Positions 35,933-44,652 of a stretch of DNA of 64,000 bases are shown here, piece after piece. The position numbers and the translations under genes were made by a program. The number at the start of each line of letters is the position of its first letter. Positions within the stretch are counted from its first letter, which is position 1. The stretch spans positions 12,182 to 76,181 of the forward strand of contig CAZUES010000005.1 of NCBI GenBank assembly GCA_964619465.1, written 5' to 3'. The DNA comes from an uncultured Gemmatimonas sp. (GTDB lineage Bacteria > Gemmatimonadota > Gemmatimonadetes > Gemmatimonadales > GWC2-71-9). The notes under the pieces are model-generated. The model did not search any database. It was not told the origin of the DNA and worked only from the letters and a program-made list of their open reading frames with translations.

Positions 35933-36484
35933 ATGGTCATGGCCGTCACGCTCCGTCGCTTCACGGTCGACGAAATCGACCGATTCCCGCCGGATGGCAA
36001 CCGCTACGAGTTGCTGGACGGGGTCTTGTTCGTGACCCCCGCGCCCCTACCCGGTCATGAGGCGGTGGTGTCGCGCATCAATCACCTGCTGTTAGACCAT
36101 CTCAAGCCCTGGTCCGAGATCTGGATCGCGACCAAGAGCGAAGTGGTGCTACGCCCGCACCAGAAGCTCGAGCCGGATCTCCAGGTGTACCGTGCGGCAC
36201 GGATCCCATCCGCCTGGTCTCAGGTCGACGACCGCTGGCTGGCCGTCGAGGTGGCGAGCCCGTCCACTCGAGTGTACGACCGCGAGTACAAGCTCAACGC
36301 CTACCTCTCGCTTGGCGTGCGAGAAGTGTGGCTCGTCGACCCGGCGGACCGATCGATCGTCGTGGGCCGGCGCCAACGACCGGCCGTCACCGTGCGGGAC
36401 GAGCTGGTCTGGCGGCCGCCAGATCCCGCTGGTAGCCTGCGCCTCGAGGTTCCCGGGTTGTTCCGCGGACTTCCACCGGAGTGA
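35933..36484 (+). CDS. Uma2 (DUF820) family restriction-endonuclease-like protein
   Basis: Contains YELLDGVLFVTPAP, EPDLQVY, VEVASPST and GVREVWLVDP motifs. Start at MVMAVTL (ATG 35933). Confidence 0.8.
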   Translation: MVMAVTLRRFTVDEIDRFPPDGNRYELLDGVLFVTPAPLPGHEAVVSRINHLLLDHLKPWSEIWIATKSEVVLRPHQKLEPDLQVYRAARIPSAWSQVDDRWLAVEVASPSTRVYDREYKLNAYLSLGVREVWLVDPADRSIVVGRRQRPAVTVRDELVWRPPDPAGSLRLEVPGLFRGLPPE

Positions 36485-36529
36485 CAAGAGCTCTACTCGA
36501 GGCTGGTATCTGTCTACCAACCCGGGCCC

Positions 36530-36558
36530 TTGACAAACCCGAATAAAAACCGAAGATT
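36530..36558 (+). promoter_or_regulatory. candidate sigma70-type promoter for the micro-ORF/radical SAM pair
   Basis: A perfect -35 TTGACA (36530-36535), a 17-nt spacer, then AAGATT (36553-36558). The -10 is weak. Confidence 0.3.
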
Positions 36559-36589
36559 GGGCGAAGTTCCTGGCCACGGAAGCCCGATC

Positions 36590-36706
36590 ATGCCCGTCGA
36601 ATCTGCCAAACCGTCGGTTCGCGTCTGCCCCGAGTGTGCCGGTCCGATCATCCACGGCTCGGCCTGCGTGTCGTGCCTCCAGTGCGGCTGGGCCCGATGC
36701 GGTTAG
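36590..36706 (+). CDS. 38-aa zinc-ribbon micro-protein (six Cys)
   Basis: Found by manual reading; it is absent from the track. The sequence is MPVESAKPSVRVCPECAGPIIHGSACVSCLQCGWARCG. GGAAG lies 8 nt upstream of the ATG, and about 30 of 38 wobble positions are G/C. The 3' end overlaps the downstream ATG by 10 nt. Confidence 0.45.
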   Translation: MPVESAKPSVRVCPECAGPIIHGSACVSCLQCGWARCG

Positions 36707-37728
36707 CCACCGACCAGATCGGGCTCGAGCTTCCGTCCGGTCGGGCGCCGCTACCCACCCTGGACCGGCGCCAGCGCGGCACCGACTTCATCGGGATGCA
36801 GGTCACCCGGGTCGCCAATGCGCCGGAGTCGACCGGGATGCCGTTCTGGTCGATCAATCCCTATATCGGGTGCGAGTTCGGTTGCAGCTACTGCTACGCG
36901 CGCGACACCCACCGGTGGACTTCGGAACGAAACGACATGGCGCAGGAGCGCTTGCCGACCGAGGAGTTCGAGCGCCGCATCTTCATCAAACAGAACGCCG
37001 CGCTGATGCTGCAGCAGACCCTGGACCCCGCCAAAGTCGGGCAAAGCCCCATTGCAATCGGGACGGCCACCGATCCGTATCAGCCCGCCGAGCGGCGCTT
37101 CGGCGTGACCCGGTCGATCCTGGACGCCTTCCGCGGCTACCGAGGGCTCTCGATCCATATCACGACCAAGTCGCCCCTGGTGGCGCGCGACATCGATCTG
37201 CTGCTCGAACTCAAGCAGCGTCATCGGATTTCCGTGAACATCTCGCTCATCTCGCTCGATGCCGATCTGATCCGCCGGCTCGAGCCCAAGACCCCGCTGC
37301 CGCACGCCCGGATGCGCGCCTTGCGTGCGCTGGCCGAAGCCGGAGTCGATGCGGGGCTGCTGATTGCCCCGATCATCCCCGGCCTGACGGACAGCTGGGG
37401 AGCGCTTGGTGGACTGATGGCCGCGGCGAAGGAGGCCGGGGCGCGTTATGCCGACGGGTCTGCGCTCAGACTCGGACCGGTGGCGCGTTCCGGTTTTCTT
37501 CCCGCCTTAGAGCGTGAGTTTCCCAAACTGCTCGATCGCTACCGGCGCCGCTATGCACGCCGGCACGACGCCGGACGAGACTATCTCGAGGCCCTGGCCA
37601 AGCGACTCCGCACGCTCCAGCGGATCCATGGATTTCCGGAGAACTTCACCTACCGCTCGACTCGAGCGCGGCCATCCGCCGGACCACGCGGCTCGACCGT
37701 CCAGCCCTATCTCACCTTGATGCCGTAA
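36697..37728 (+). CDS. radical SAM protein (SplB/PA0069/Rv2578c-like; function unknown)
   Basis: The CxxxCxxC cluster motif sits in MPFWSINPYIGCEFGCSYCYARDTH. There is no C-terminal Cys-rich (SPASM-like) region. Start is uncertain (36697, 36634 or 36796). Confidence 0.8.
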   Translation: MRLATDQIGLELPSGRAPLPTLDRRQRGTDFIGMQVTRVANAPESTGMPFWSINPYIGCEFGCSYCYARDTHRWTSERNDMAQERLPTEEFERRIFIKQNAALMLQQTLDPAKVGQSPIAIGTATDPYQPAERRFGVTRSILDAFRGYRGLSIHITTKSPLVARDIDLLLELKQRHRISVNISLISLDADLIRRLEPKTPLPHARMRALRALAEAGVDAGLLIAPIIPGLTDSWGALGGLMAAAKEAGARYADGSALRLGPVARSGFLPALEREFPKLLDRYRRRYARRHDAGRDYLEALAKRLRTLQRIHGFPENFTYRSTRARPSAGPRGSTVQPYLTLMP

Positions 37729-37799
37729 CTGCCCGGCGTCGGACCCGAGGACGGAACATCATCGGCACCCGGCCTGCGCACCGAGAGCGGGCAGAGCCG

Positions 37800-38768
37800 C
37801 TACCACGCCAGCACGATCTTCCCGAACACCTCGTTCGCTTCCATTGCCGCATGTGCCTCGGCAATGGCCGTCATCGGATACACCGCACCGACAATCGGCC
37901 GCAGTCGGCCGGCGGCAATTTCAGGCAGCACCCTTGCCACGAATCCATCCACCAGCGGAATCCTTTCCTCTTGCGGCCGAGACCGCATCACCGTCCCGAT
38001 GACTTCGAGCCGGCCGCGCAGGATCCGGCCCACATCGACTTGCGGTGCCTCGGCGCCCTGCATGGTACCGAGCAGCACGAGCCGGCCGCGGGGCGCCAGG
38101 GACGCCAGGTTATCGGCCAACGCCCCGCCGCCGAAGAAGTCGAGGATGACGTCGACCGGAGCAGTCAGCTGTTCACGGAAGCTCCCGGTCGAAGTATCGA
38201 TGCCGTGGTCGAGTCCCAGTTCCCGGGCCCGGATCAGCTTGTCCGCCGTCCGCGAGGTGCCGAGCACGGTCGCCCCCAGCCATCGGGCAAGTTGCACCGC
38301 CACCGTGCCGACGCCGCTCCCGACCGCGTGAATCAGAACCCGCTGGCCTGGCTCGAGGCGTCCCCGCACTACCAGTGCGTCATACGCAGTAAGAAAGGCC
38401 TCCGGCACAGCGGCAGCCTCCACCTCACCAAGCACCGCAGGCGCCACGATGGCCTCCCGCTCGTGAACCACGACGTACTCCGCGTGCGCCCCGCCTCCGA
38501 CCAGCCCCATGACCCGAGCACCGGGCTGCAGCAAGGTGACGCCAGGTCCGCACGCTTCCACCACCCCGGCGTACTCGAGCCCCGGGATGTCCGCCGGCCA
38601 CCCCGGAGGAGCGGGATAGTGCCCGCGCCGCTGGCTTATGTCCGCACGATTGAGCCCCGCAGCAGCGACCTTGACCAGAACCTGGCCCGTACCCGGTTCC
38701 GGCCGCGCCACCTCGTCGATGGCGAGCACCTCGCGACCACCCACGCCGCGGTAGCGAACCGTGCGCAT
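37800..38768 (-). CDS. NAD(P)H:quinone oxidoreductase (MDR/zeta-crystallin, PIG3-like)
   Basis: Contains VKVAAAGLNRADISQRRGHYPAPPG, the Rossmann motif HAVGSGVGTVAVQLA, and a C-terminal FGKIVL. Start at MRTVRY (38768) or 38792. Confidence 0.8.
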   Translation of the reverse strand: MRTVRYRGVGGREVLAIDEVARPEPGTGQVLVKVAAAGLNRADISQRRGHYPAPPGWPADIPGLEYAGVVEACGPGVTLLQPGARVMGLVGGGAHAEYVVVHEREAIVAPAVLGEVEAAAVPEAFLTAYDALVVRGRLEPGQRVLIHAVGSGVGTVAVQLARWLGATVLGTSRTADKLIRARELGLDHGIDTSTGSFREQLTAPVDVILDFFGGGALADNLASLAPRGRLVLLGTMQGAEAPQVDVGRILRGRLEVIGTVMRSRPQEERIPLVDGFVARVLPEIAAGRLRPIVGAVYPMTAIAEAHAAMEANEVFGKIVLAW

Positions 38769-38812
38769 CACCCCAGGTGTCAAACCAGTCATTCCGCTCG
38801 TCTCCCTATGAT

Positions 38813-39970
38813 ATGAGACTACGTGACATCGTCTTCGTCGGCCTGTTCGTCGTCAACCTGACGGCATGCTCCGACAGCAGCGGCCCTGACGACCCGCCCG
38901 ATCCGGCAACCGGCCTGAGCCTCGAAGATGTGGGAACCTTCAGTTTCCCCATCCTGCTGACTGCGCCGCCGGGAGATGCTCGCCTCTTCGTGGTGCAAAA
39001 AGGCGGCGCCATTCGCGTGGTCAAGAGCGGCGCGACGCTGCCCACGCCATTCCTCAACCTGGCCGGTCGGATCTCCACAGGTGGGGAGCAGGGCCTGCTC
39101 GGCCTGGCCTTCCACCCCGGCTACGCCACCAACGGTCTCTTCGTCGTCAACTATACCGACACCGGCGGCGATACCAAGATCTCGCTCTTCCGGGTCAGTT
39201 CGGATCCCGATGTCGCCGATCCGAACAGCGAACAGGTGCTCCTCGAGGTGACGCAGCCGTTCGGGAACCACAACGGCGGCATGATCGCGTTTGGTCCGCA
39301 GGACGGGATGCTCTACATCGGGATGGGCGACGGCGGCTCGGCCGGTGATCCGCAGAATCATGCGCAGCGTCACAACAGTCTGCTGGGCAAGATGCTGCGG
39401 CTCGGGGTCAGCGCGAGCGGCCAGGTGTCGGTGCCGGCCGACAATCCGTTCGTCGGTGAAAGCGGGACGCGTCCTGAAATCTGGAGCCTGGGCCTGCGGA
39501 ACCCCTGGCGCTTCAGCTTCGATCGGCAAACCGGCGATCTCTACATCGCCGACGTGGGACAGGATGCGCGGGAAGAAGTCAATGTCACCGGCGGCACCGC
39601 CAGCCGGGCAGCCAACTTTGGCTGGAAGGTGATGGAAGGCTTGGCCTGCTACCAGTCATCCAGCTGCAATCAGCAAGGGCTCACCCTTCCCGTGCTCGAG
39701 TACCCGCGCGCCGAGGGGTGCTCGATCACCGGCGGCTTCGTTTATCGGGGCAGCGCAATCGCGGATCTGGCCGGAACCTACTTCTATGGCGACTACTGCC
39801 GAGGCTGGGTGCGCAGCTTCCGTTGGAGCGGTGGAACGACGACGGAGCCGCAGGAGTGGGCCGAGTTAGCGCCGGGCGGTGCGCTGGTCAGCTTCGGAGA
39901 GGATGCGGCAGGGGAGCTCTATGTGCTCGGACAGAACGGCCGGGTAGCGCGGATCGTCGCCGCGCCGTAG
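38813..39970 (+). CDS. PQQ-dependent sugar (glucose/sorbosone) dehydrogenase-like beta-propeller, lipoprotein
   Basis: Has the lipobox NLTAC and the motifs EQGLLGLAFHP, HNGGMIAFGPDG-like, GDGGSAGDP and GLRNPWRFSFD. Confidence 0.8.
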   Translation: MRLRDIVFVGLFVVNLTACSDSSGPDDPPDPATGLSLEDVGTFSFPILLTAPPGDARLFVVQKGGAIRVVKSGATLPTPFLNLAGRISTGGEQGLLGLAFHPGYATNGLFVVNYTDTGGDTKISLFRVSSDPDVADPNSEQVLLEVTQPFGNHNGGMIAFGPQDGMLYIGMGDGGSAGDPQNHAQRHNSLLGKMLRLGVSASGQVSVPADNPFVGESGTRPEIWSLGLRNPWRFSFDRQTGDLYIADVGQDAREEVNVTGGTASRAANFGWKVMEGLACYQSSSCNQQGLTLPVLEYPRAEGCSITGGFVYRGSAIADLAGTYFYGDYCRGWVRSFRWSGGTTTEPQEWAELAPGGALVSFGEDAAGELYVLGQNGRVARIVAAP

Positions 39971-40023
39971 CGAATCCGGTCAGCACACCGACCGAGTGTG
40001 ACGCCGGCGGGGCTCAGCGGTGG

Positions 40024-40407
40024 TCAGGATACCGGCCGAGTGCGGCGTCGACGGGGCACCGAGCCGGAGCGGCGGCTGAACGACCGAACGGCCTGATGCG
40101 CTGCCAGGGCGAGTTCGGGCAGTTCCGTCGCCTGGGTCGATGACAGGTCGACGGCCACCCAACCCAGCGCCGCCGGAATCACCGCTCCGATTGCCGCATG
40201 CCCCCGCTCCACCTCGGCGCGCGCAACCGGGACCGGCAGTCGGAGCCAGACGGTCGCCTCGCCCAGGAGGGCGAACATCCGCCCGGCGGTAAAGAAGCCA
40301 TCCCGGGTACCCATCCGCCGGACCACCACATGCGGCAGCCCCTTCAACTGGTCTCGAACCGAACCGGACATCGGGAGATTGTACCGTCCGGTTCCCAACC
40401 CCGCCAT
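40024..40407 (-). CDS. hypothetical protein (possibly a YjbR/TfoX-N-like fold)
   Basis: Coding bias is good. The motif GFFTAGRMFALLGEATVWLRLP only resembles small DNA-binding/unknown-function families. The start may be MSGSVRD (40371). Confidence 0.45.
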   Translation of the reverse strand: MAGLGTGRYNLPMSGSVRDQLKGLPHVVVRRMGTRDGFFTAGRMFALLGEATVWLRLPVPVARAEVERGHAAIGAVIPAALGWVAVDLSSTQATELPELALAAHQAVRSFSRRSGSVPRRRRTRPVS

Positions 40408-40453
40408 ACGGCCGAACGGAATCGTTACACCTGGGCCGCAATGGCGTCAGGTG

Positions 40454-40711
40454 TCACGCCCCGGCGCGGCGTGCCTTCTTCCATGCGGCGAAGTCCTCGA
40501 AGCTGTCGAACCCGATGATCTGGGCACGCTTTGGTCGTTTGCGTACCTTGCGTGCCATCGTCACTAAGGCTTCAGCCCTGCGAAGGCGTTCCGCCGGTGT
40601 GAGCGAAAGATCGTGACGCAGGTGGCGGAGACGTGCCTCCGCCATCGCTTCCGCCGCGGCCCCGCTGCCACCTGTAGGGTGGGAACCCGCGCCATCGCCC
40701 GGATCCGTCAC
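40454..40711 (-). CDS. hypothetical 85-aa protein, translationally coupled to the upstream serine hydrolase gene
   Basis: Its GTG start overlaps the hydrolase stop (GTGA). It has a basic helical C-terminus (LTPAERLRRAEALVTMARKVRKRPKR). I recognised no family. Confidence 0.45.
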   Translation of the reverse strand: MTDPGDGAGSHPTGGSGAAAEAMAEARLRHLRHDLSLTPAERLRRAEALVTMARKVRKRPKRAQIIGFDSFEDFAAWKKARRAGA

Positions 40712-42174
40712 CCCGTCCGCCGCATGGCGAAGACGCCGTTGAGGTAGTGGGTGGCCCGCCCGCCGTCGCTGCCCCAGAATGCGACATCCCAGCCGCGATT
40801 TCCGCCCATGGCGGGATCGACCGGAAGGAAGCGATCGTCGCCCATCGGGACGATCTCGGATACCAGGTTCGGCTGCTCGTTCCGCCCGCTGAAGGTGCGT
40901 GCGACGAGCTTGCCGCCTTCATCGGTGAACGTGACCCGGTTGCCCCACGACTCGAAGCGGCCCACGTAGCGCCGCAGATCGGCGGGGGCCCGCTTGACCG
41001 TGGCGGCCGTCGGCAGCTTCGGCTTGGCGATGCCGAACATTTCGCCCAGCACCGCGTCGAAAATCCGGTCGGCCAGCGGATATCCCTGGTTGGGCACGTT
41101 GGCGATGGTGGCAATTGCCATCCGTTTCGACGGCGACCAGAGCAGCATCGATGAGCCGCTGGTGGCGGTGCCGCTGTGGCCGAACAGTTCCACCCCGCCC
41201 CACTCCTTCCAATACGGCCCGCAACACCAGCGCTGCGCAATCAGCTTGGCGTGCAGTGTCGCCACCGGCGTGTGCATGGTGCGCACCGCCGCGGGCGACA
41301 GCACCTGCTTCCCATCGGCGGATTTCCCGTCACTCATGAACATGCGCGCGAACCGGACCATGTCGCCGGCGCTGCAGCAGAGCGTGGAGCCGGCCGGCGC
41401 GATGGACCGGGGCAGGCTCCAGTTCCGTCCCCGCACCGGGCCCTCGGGACTGGCGCGATAGCCGAGTGACACCGGATGGAACAGCAGGTCCTCCGCGAAC
41501 ATGGCCGACTGCGAGAGCCCGAGCGGCCGCAGCACCCGCTCGGTCAGCAGGTTCTCCCAGGTGCGACCCCCGACCCGCTGCGCAGCCAGGCCGGCCACGG
41601 TGCTGCCGGCGTTGGAATAGCCGTATGCGGTGCCAGGTTCGTAGACCAGGGGCACGTTCGCGAGCGCGGCCACATAACGCTCCACGGCGTCGTCGCCACG
41701 CCCGTAGTCCTGGTACGACCCGTTGTCGAGGCCTGAACTCATCGATAGGAGCTGGCGCAGCGTGATCTTCGAAGCACCGCCAGGATCGGCAACCTTGAAA
41801 TCGGGAATCCAGGTCGTGATCGGCTCGTCGAGATCGAGCTTGCCTTCGTCCACCAGGGTCATGACCAGCGCGGCGTTGAACACCTTGGTGGTCGAGCCGA
41901 TCTGGAACAGCGTATCGGTGGTGACCGCGAGATTCCGCTCCCGGTTCGCCTGACCGGTGGCGAACTCGTGCACCGTCTCACCATCGAACAGCGCAAGCTG
42001 TGCACCGACTATGCCGAGCGAGCGAGCGGTGTCGTCGAGCAGCCCCTGCAGCCGTCCGGGATTCAGCGAACGGCCGGTCGACGTCACGATCGGTCGTGCG
42101 ACACCGGGAGTCGGCGCGCCGACGATGCCGGCCACGGCTGTCGCCGAGGTCATCATGAAATGACGTCTGTCCAT
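40708..42174 (-). CDS. serine hydrolase (beta-lactamase-related family) with a Tat-like signal
   Basis: MDRRHFMMTSATAVAGIVGAP is a twin-Arg-like signal. The SxxK motif is GSTTKVF, and YSNAG is present. Start at ATG 42174. Confidence 0.8.
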   Translation of the reverse strand: MDRRHFMMTSATAVAGIVGAPTPGVARPIVTSTGRSLNPGRLQGLLDDTARSLGIVGAQLALFDGETVHEFATGQANRERNLAVTTDTLFQIGSTTKVFNAALVMTLVDEGKLDLDEPITTWIPDFKVADPGGASKITLRQLLSMSSGLDNGSYQDYGRGDDAVERYVAALANVPLVYEPGTAYGYSNAGSTVAGLAAQRVGGRTWENLLTERVLRPLGLSQSAMFAEDLLFHPVSLGYRASPEGPVRGRNWSLPRSIAPAGSTLCCSAGDMVRFARMFMSDGKSADGKQVLSPAAVRTMHTPVATLHAKLIAQRWCCGPYWKEWGGVELFGHSGTATSGSSMLLWSPSKRMAIATIANVPNQGYPLADRIFDAVLGEMFGIAKPKLPTAATVKRAPADLRRYVGRFESWGNRVTFTDEGGKLVARTFSGRNEQPNLVSEIVPMGDDRFLPVDPAMGGNRGWDVAFWGSDGGRATHYLNGVFAMRRTG

Positions 42175-42196
42175 TGGAACCTCGGGGGTCTGGTGG

Positions 42197-43405
42197 TTAT
42201 CGAACCAGGGCGACCGGGTCGAATCCTGCGGTGGCAGCAATCCGGGCCACGGTATCGCCGATCTTGTTATTGGGAGTCGAGGCGCCGGCGGTGAGCCCGA
42301 TCCGACGGGCCTGGCCCAGCCAGCCGGCGTCGGTTATCTCTGCCTTACGCCCGACGGGCTGGTGCCGAATCGTGCCGGCATCCGGATCGATGCAGTCGGC
42401 GTCTTCGATATGGTAGGTCCGCACGCCGCGCCGATGGCAGAGCGCGGCCAGATGGCAGGTGTTGCTCGAATTGTACCCGCCGACGACGACCATCAGGTCG
42501 AGCGGTTCCTCGAGCAGCTGCACCACCGCATCCTGGCGTTCCTGGGTTGCCGAGCAGATGGTGTCGAAGGTGCGGACGTGGTCGGCCTCGTGCTCGGCGC
42601 CATAGCGGCGGATCATGGCCTGCCGGAAGCGCTCGGCAATGGCCAGCGATTCTTTCGACAGCATGGTGGTCTGGTTGGCGATGCCGACTCGCACCAGATC
42701 GCGCGAGAAATCGAATCCGTCGGAGACGCGCGATGCGTAGCGAGCGCGCACCGGCTCCACCTCGCCGCCTTCCTCGATGAACCGGCAGACCTCATCGGCC
42801 TCGGCCATATCGAAGACGACCAGATACCGCCCCTCGATGAACTTGGTCACCTGGCTGGCGGTCGCCTTGGTTTCTTCGTGCCAGTGCTTGCCGTGAATCA
42901 CCGCGGTGTAGCCGTCGCGGGCGTACTTCTCGACCCGCTTCCAGACGTTGAGCACCGAGCCGCAGGTGGTGTCGACCAGCACGCAACCGATGCCCCGCAG
43001 TGTGGTGAAGTCCTGCACCGTCACACCGAAGGCCGGCAGAATCACCACGTCATCGGGCGACACCGCCGAGAAATCGAAAGCGCCCGAGTCGTTCCGCAGG
43101 ATGAACCGGATGCCCATGTCCTCGAGCTTCCGATTGACGTGCGGATTGTGGATGATCTCGCCGACCAGGATCAACTGGCGATCGGGAAATTTGGCCCGGG
43201 TCTCGTAGGCGTATTCGACGGCCCGATCGACGCCGTAGCAGAATCCGAACTCGCGGGCCAGCCTGAACTCCAGATCACCCAGCCGAATGCGGTAGTCGTT
43301 GGCCTTGAACGACTCGATCAGCGCACTGTGGTAATCGGCCGTGAGCACATGTTCGATGGCGCCCTTGAGGCCGAACCCTTTGCGATAATAGGTCGGGTCA
43401 GTCAT
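42197..43405 (-). CDS. ispH: 4-hydroxy-3-methylbut-2-enyl diphosphate reductase, long (cyanobacterial/plant-like) form
   Basis: Contains GFCYGVDRAV, HNPHVN, DTTCGSV and ATQERQDA motifs. At 402 aa it has an N-terminal extension. Confidence 0.9.
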   Translation of the reverse strand: MTDPTYYRKGFGLKGAIEHVLTADYHSALIESFKANDYRIRLGDLEFRLAREFGFCYGVDRAVEYAYETRAKFPDRQLILVGEIIHNPHVNRKLEDMGIRFILRNDSGAFDFSAVSPDDVVILPAFGVTVQDFTTLRGIGCVLVDTTCGSVLNVWKRVEKYARDGYTAVIHGKHWHEETKATASQVTKFIEGRYLVVFDMAEADEVCRFIEEGGEVEPVRARYASRVSDGFDFSRDLVRVGIANQTTMLSKESLAIAERFRQAMIRRYGAEHEADHVRTFDTICSATQERQDAVVQLLEEPLDLMVVVGGYNSSNTCHLAALCHRRGVRTYHIEDADCIDPDAGTIRHQPVGRKAEITDAGWLGQARRIGLTAGASTPNNKIGDTVARIAATAGFDPVALVR

Positions 43406-43928
43406 CCGAACTCGCTTTCGGACGGAACACGCGACCGCACCCCTCGGGCGCAGGCAGGACCGGAACGTCCGTGAAGGTGCCGGACAGGCGCAGGGTGTCG
43501 AATCCGTCGCTGTGCTTGAGGCGGAAGTCGACCGTTCCCGAGATACCGGCTGGCGTCACCGTCGTCACGTTGACCGTGCCTCCGGTGGCTTCGTAGCCCT
43601 TGAGCGCGGTATCGGAAACCCAGCGCAGCGCACCGTACGCCAGCGGCCGCCAGCCGACCGCAATCGAGCCGGACACGATCGGATGCTGGGCTGGGGCCAG
43701 GGTGTCCACCGGCAGGATGGTGAAACCAAACCCGAAATCATTCTTGATGGCCAGCACCTCGAGCAGTGAATCTGCGGCGCACCACAGTCCTTCGGCGCGG
43801 GCCGTATTGTCTCCCTGGGTCACTCCATCCCATTCGACGGACACGAGCCCCGTGCCCCGCTCGATCGTAGGGGCCGGTTTGACGCACGCCCCGGCCATGG
43901 CAGCCAGGCCCAAAAACCAGTAACGCAT
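43398..43928 (-). CDS. hypothetical lipoprotein
   Basis: MRYWFLGLAAMAGAC contains a lipobox. Its 3' end overlaps the ispH start by 8 nt. Confidence 0.55.
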   Translation of the reverse strand: MRYWFLGLAAMAGACVKPAPTIERGTGLVSVEWDGVTQGDNTARAEGLWCAADSLLEVLAIKNDFGFGFTILPVDTLAPAQHPIVSGSIAVGWRPLAYGALRWVSDTALKGYEATGGTVNVTTVTPAGISGTVDFRLKHSDGFDTLRLSGTFTDVPVLPAPEGCGRVFRPKASSDD

Positions 43929-43966
43929 ATGGAACGGAAGCTAGGCCAATCGGACGCTAAAGGCGA

Positions 43967-43995
43967 CCGCCCGGATCGGGTCTCGATCCGGGCGG
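43967..43995 (-). terminator. G/C-rich hairpin downstream of the PAS/Fis-HTH regulator gene
   Basis: CCGCCCGGATC - 7-nt loop - GATCCGGGCGG, an 11-bp perfect stem. The U tract on the minus strand is weak (TCGCCTTTA). Confidence 0.4.
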
Positions 43996-44027
43996 AATGA
44001 ACGTCGGTAATGAGTGCCTCTGGCGGA

Positions 44028-44477
44028 CTATGAGGCCTGGGCCCACTTGCTCCGGCCGTCGCGGTGGAGCCCATACGCACGAAGCCGGCGCCACAGGGTG
44101 GTCCGGCTGATGCCGAGGCTTTTGGCGGTTTCGGCCAGGCGCCACCCGTTGGCGTCGAGTGAGCGGACGATAGCCTCTTTCTCTCGTTCGGCCAGTGTCT
44201 TGGGACCGACGGTGCCAGGCAGAAACATCGCCTCGCCCAGATCGATCGAGCCGACTTTGAGGGGTTTGAGCCTGCCGCCCAGTTCGGCCAGTTGCGGCAT
44301 CAACTCGCGTGATGTCTGGCTGAAATCGAGGCCTAAATCTCGGGCGTGCTCGTTGGCGTAGAGCACCTTACCCTGAGTATCGAACACCACCACACCCTCT
44401 GCAAAAGCGTCGAGCAATGTCTTCGCGAGGGGCGAGAACACCGAAGGCATTGGCGTAGAAGACGGGTTCGTCGTCAT
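44028..44477 (-). CDS. small PAS-like sensor plus Fis-type HTH transcriptional regulator
   Basis: Start taken at MTTNPSS (ATG 44477). The N-terminus is PAS-like (LLDAFAEGVVVFDTQGKVLYANEHA). The C-terminal Fis HTH is ETAKSLGISRTTLWRRLRAYGL. Confidence 0.75.
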   Translation of the reverse strand: MTTNPSSTPMPSVFSPLAKTLLDAFAEGVVVFDTQGKVLYANEHARDLGLDFSQTSRELMPQLAELGGRLKPLKVGSIDLGEAMFLPGTVGPKTLAEREKEAIVRSLDANGWRLAETAKSLGISRTTLWRRLRAYGLHRDGRSKWAQAS

Positions 44478-44598
44478 GGTTGAGATAACGTCGGTACGTT
44501 GCAAAAGGTTTCGAAGGGTAGATGGCTCGGCGCGAAATACCAAGCACGACCTGATCTGACAAAAAAACAAATCTAACCGGAATCCTTGGATCTCGCCC

Positions 44599-44627
44599 TT
44601 GACCGTCCGGTCAGTCCGGATCAGATT
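44599..44627 (+). promoter_or_regulatory. candidate promoter with an embedded inverted repeat (possible TetR operator)
   Basis: TTGACC (44599-44604), 17 nt, then CAGATT (44622-44627). The inverted repeat TCCGG-N5-CCGGA (44607-44621) lies in the spacer, 26 nt upstream of the TetR ATG. Confidence 0.35.
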
Positions 44628-44652
44628 CATCTTTCTTAAACCACTCAACTCT

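Noticed and set aside
36590-36706. The six-Cys micro-ORF read as a SCIFF/ranthipeptide-like RiPP precursor for the adjacent radical SAM enzyme.
   Set aside because: The radical SAM protein has no Cys residues after its CxxxCxxC motif, so it has no SPASM/twitch auxiliary clusters. No leader-recognition (RRE), protease or exporter genes are adjacent. The Cys spacing is that of an ordinary zinc ribbon.
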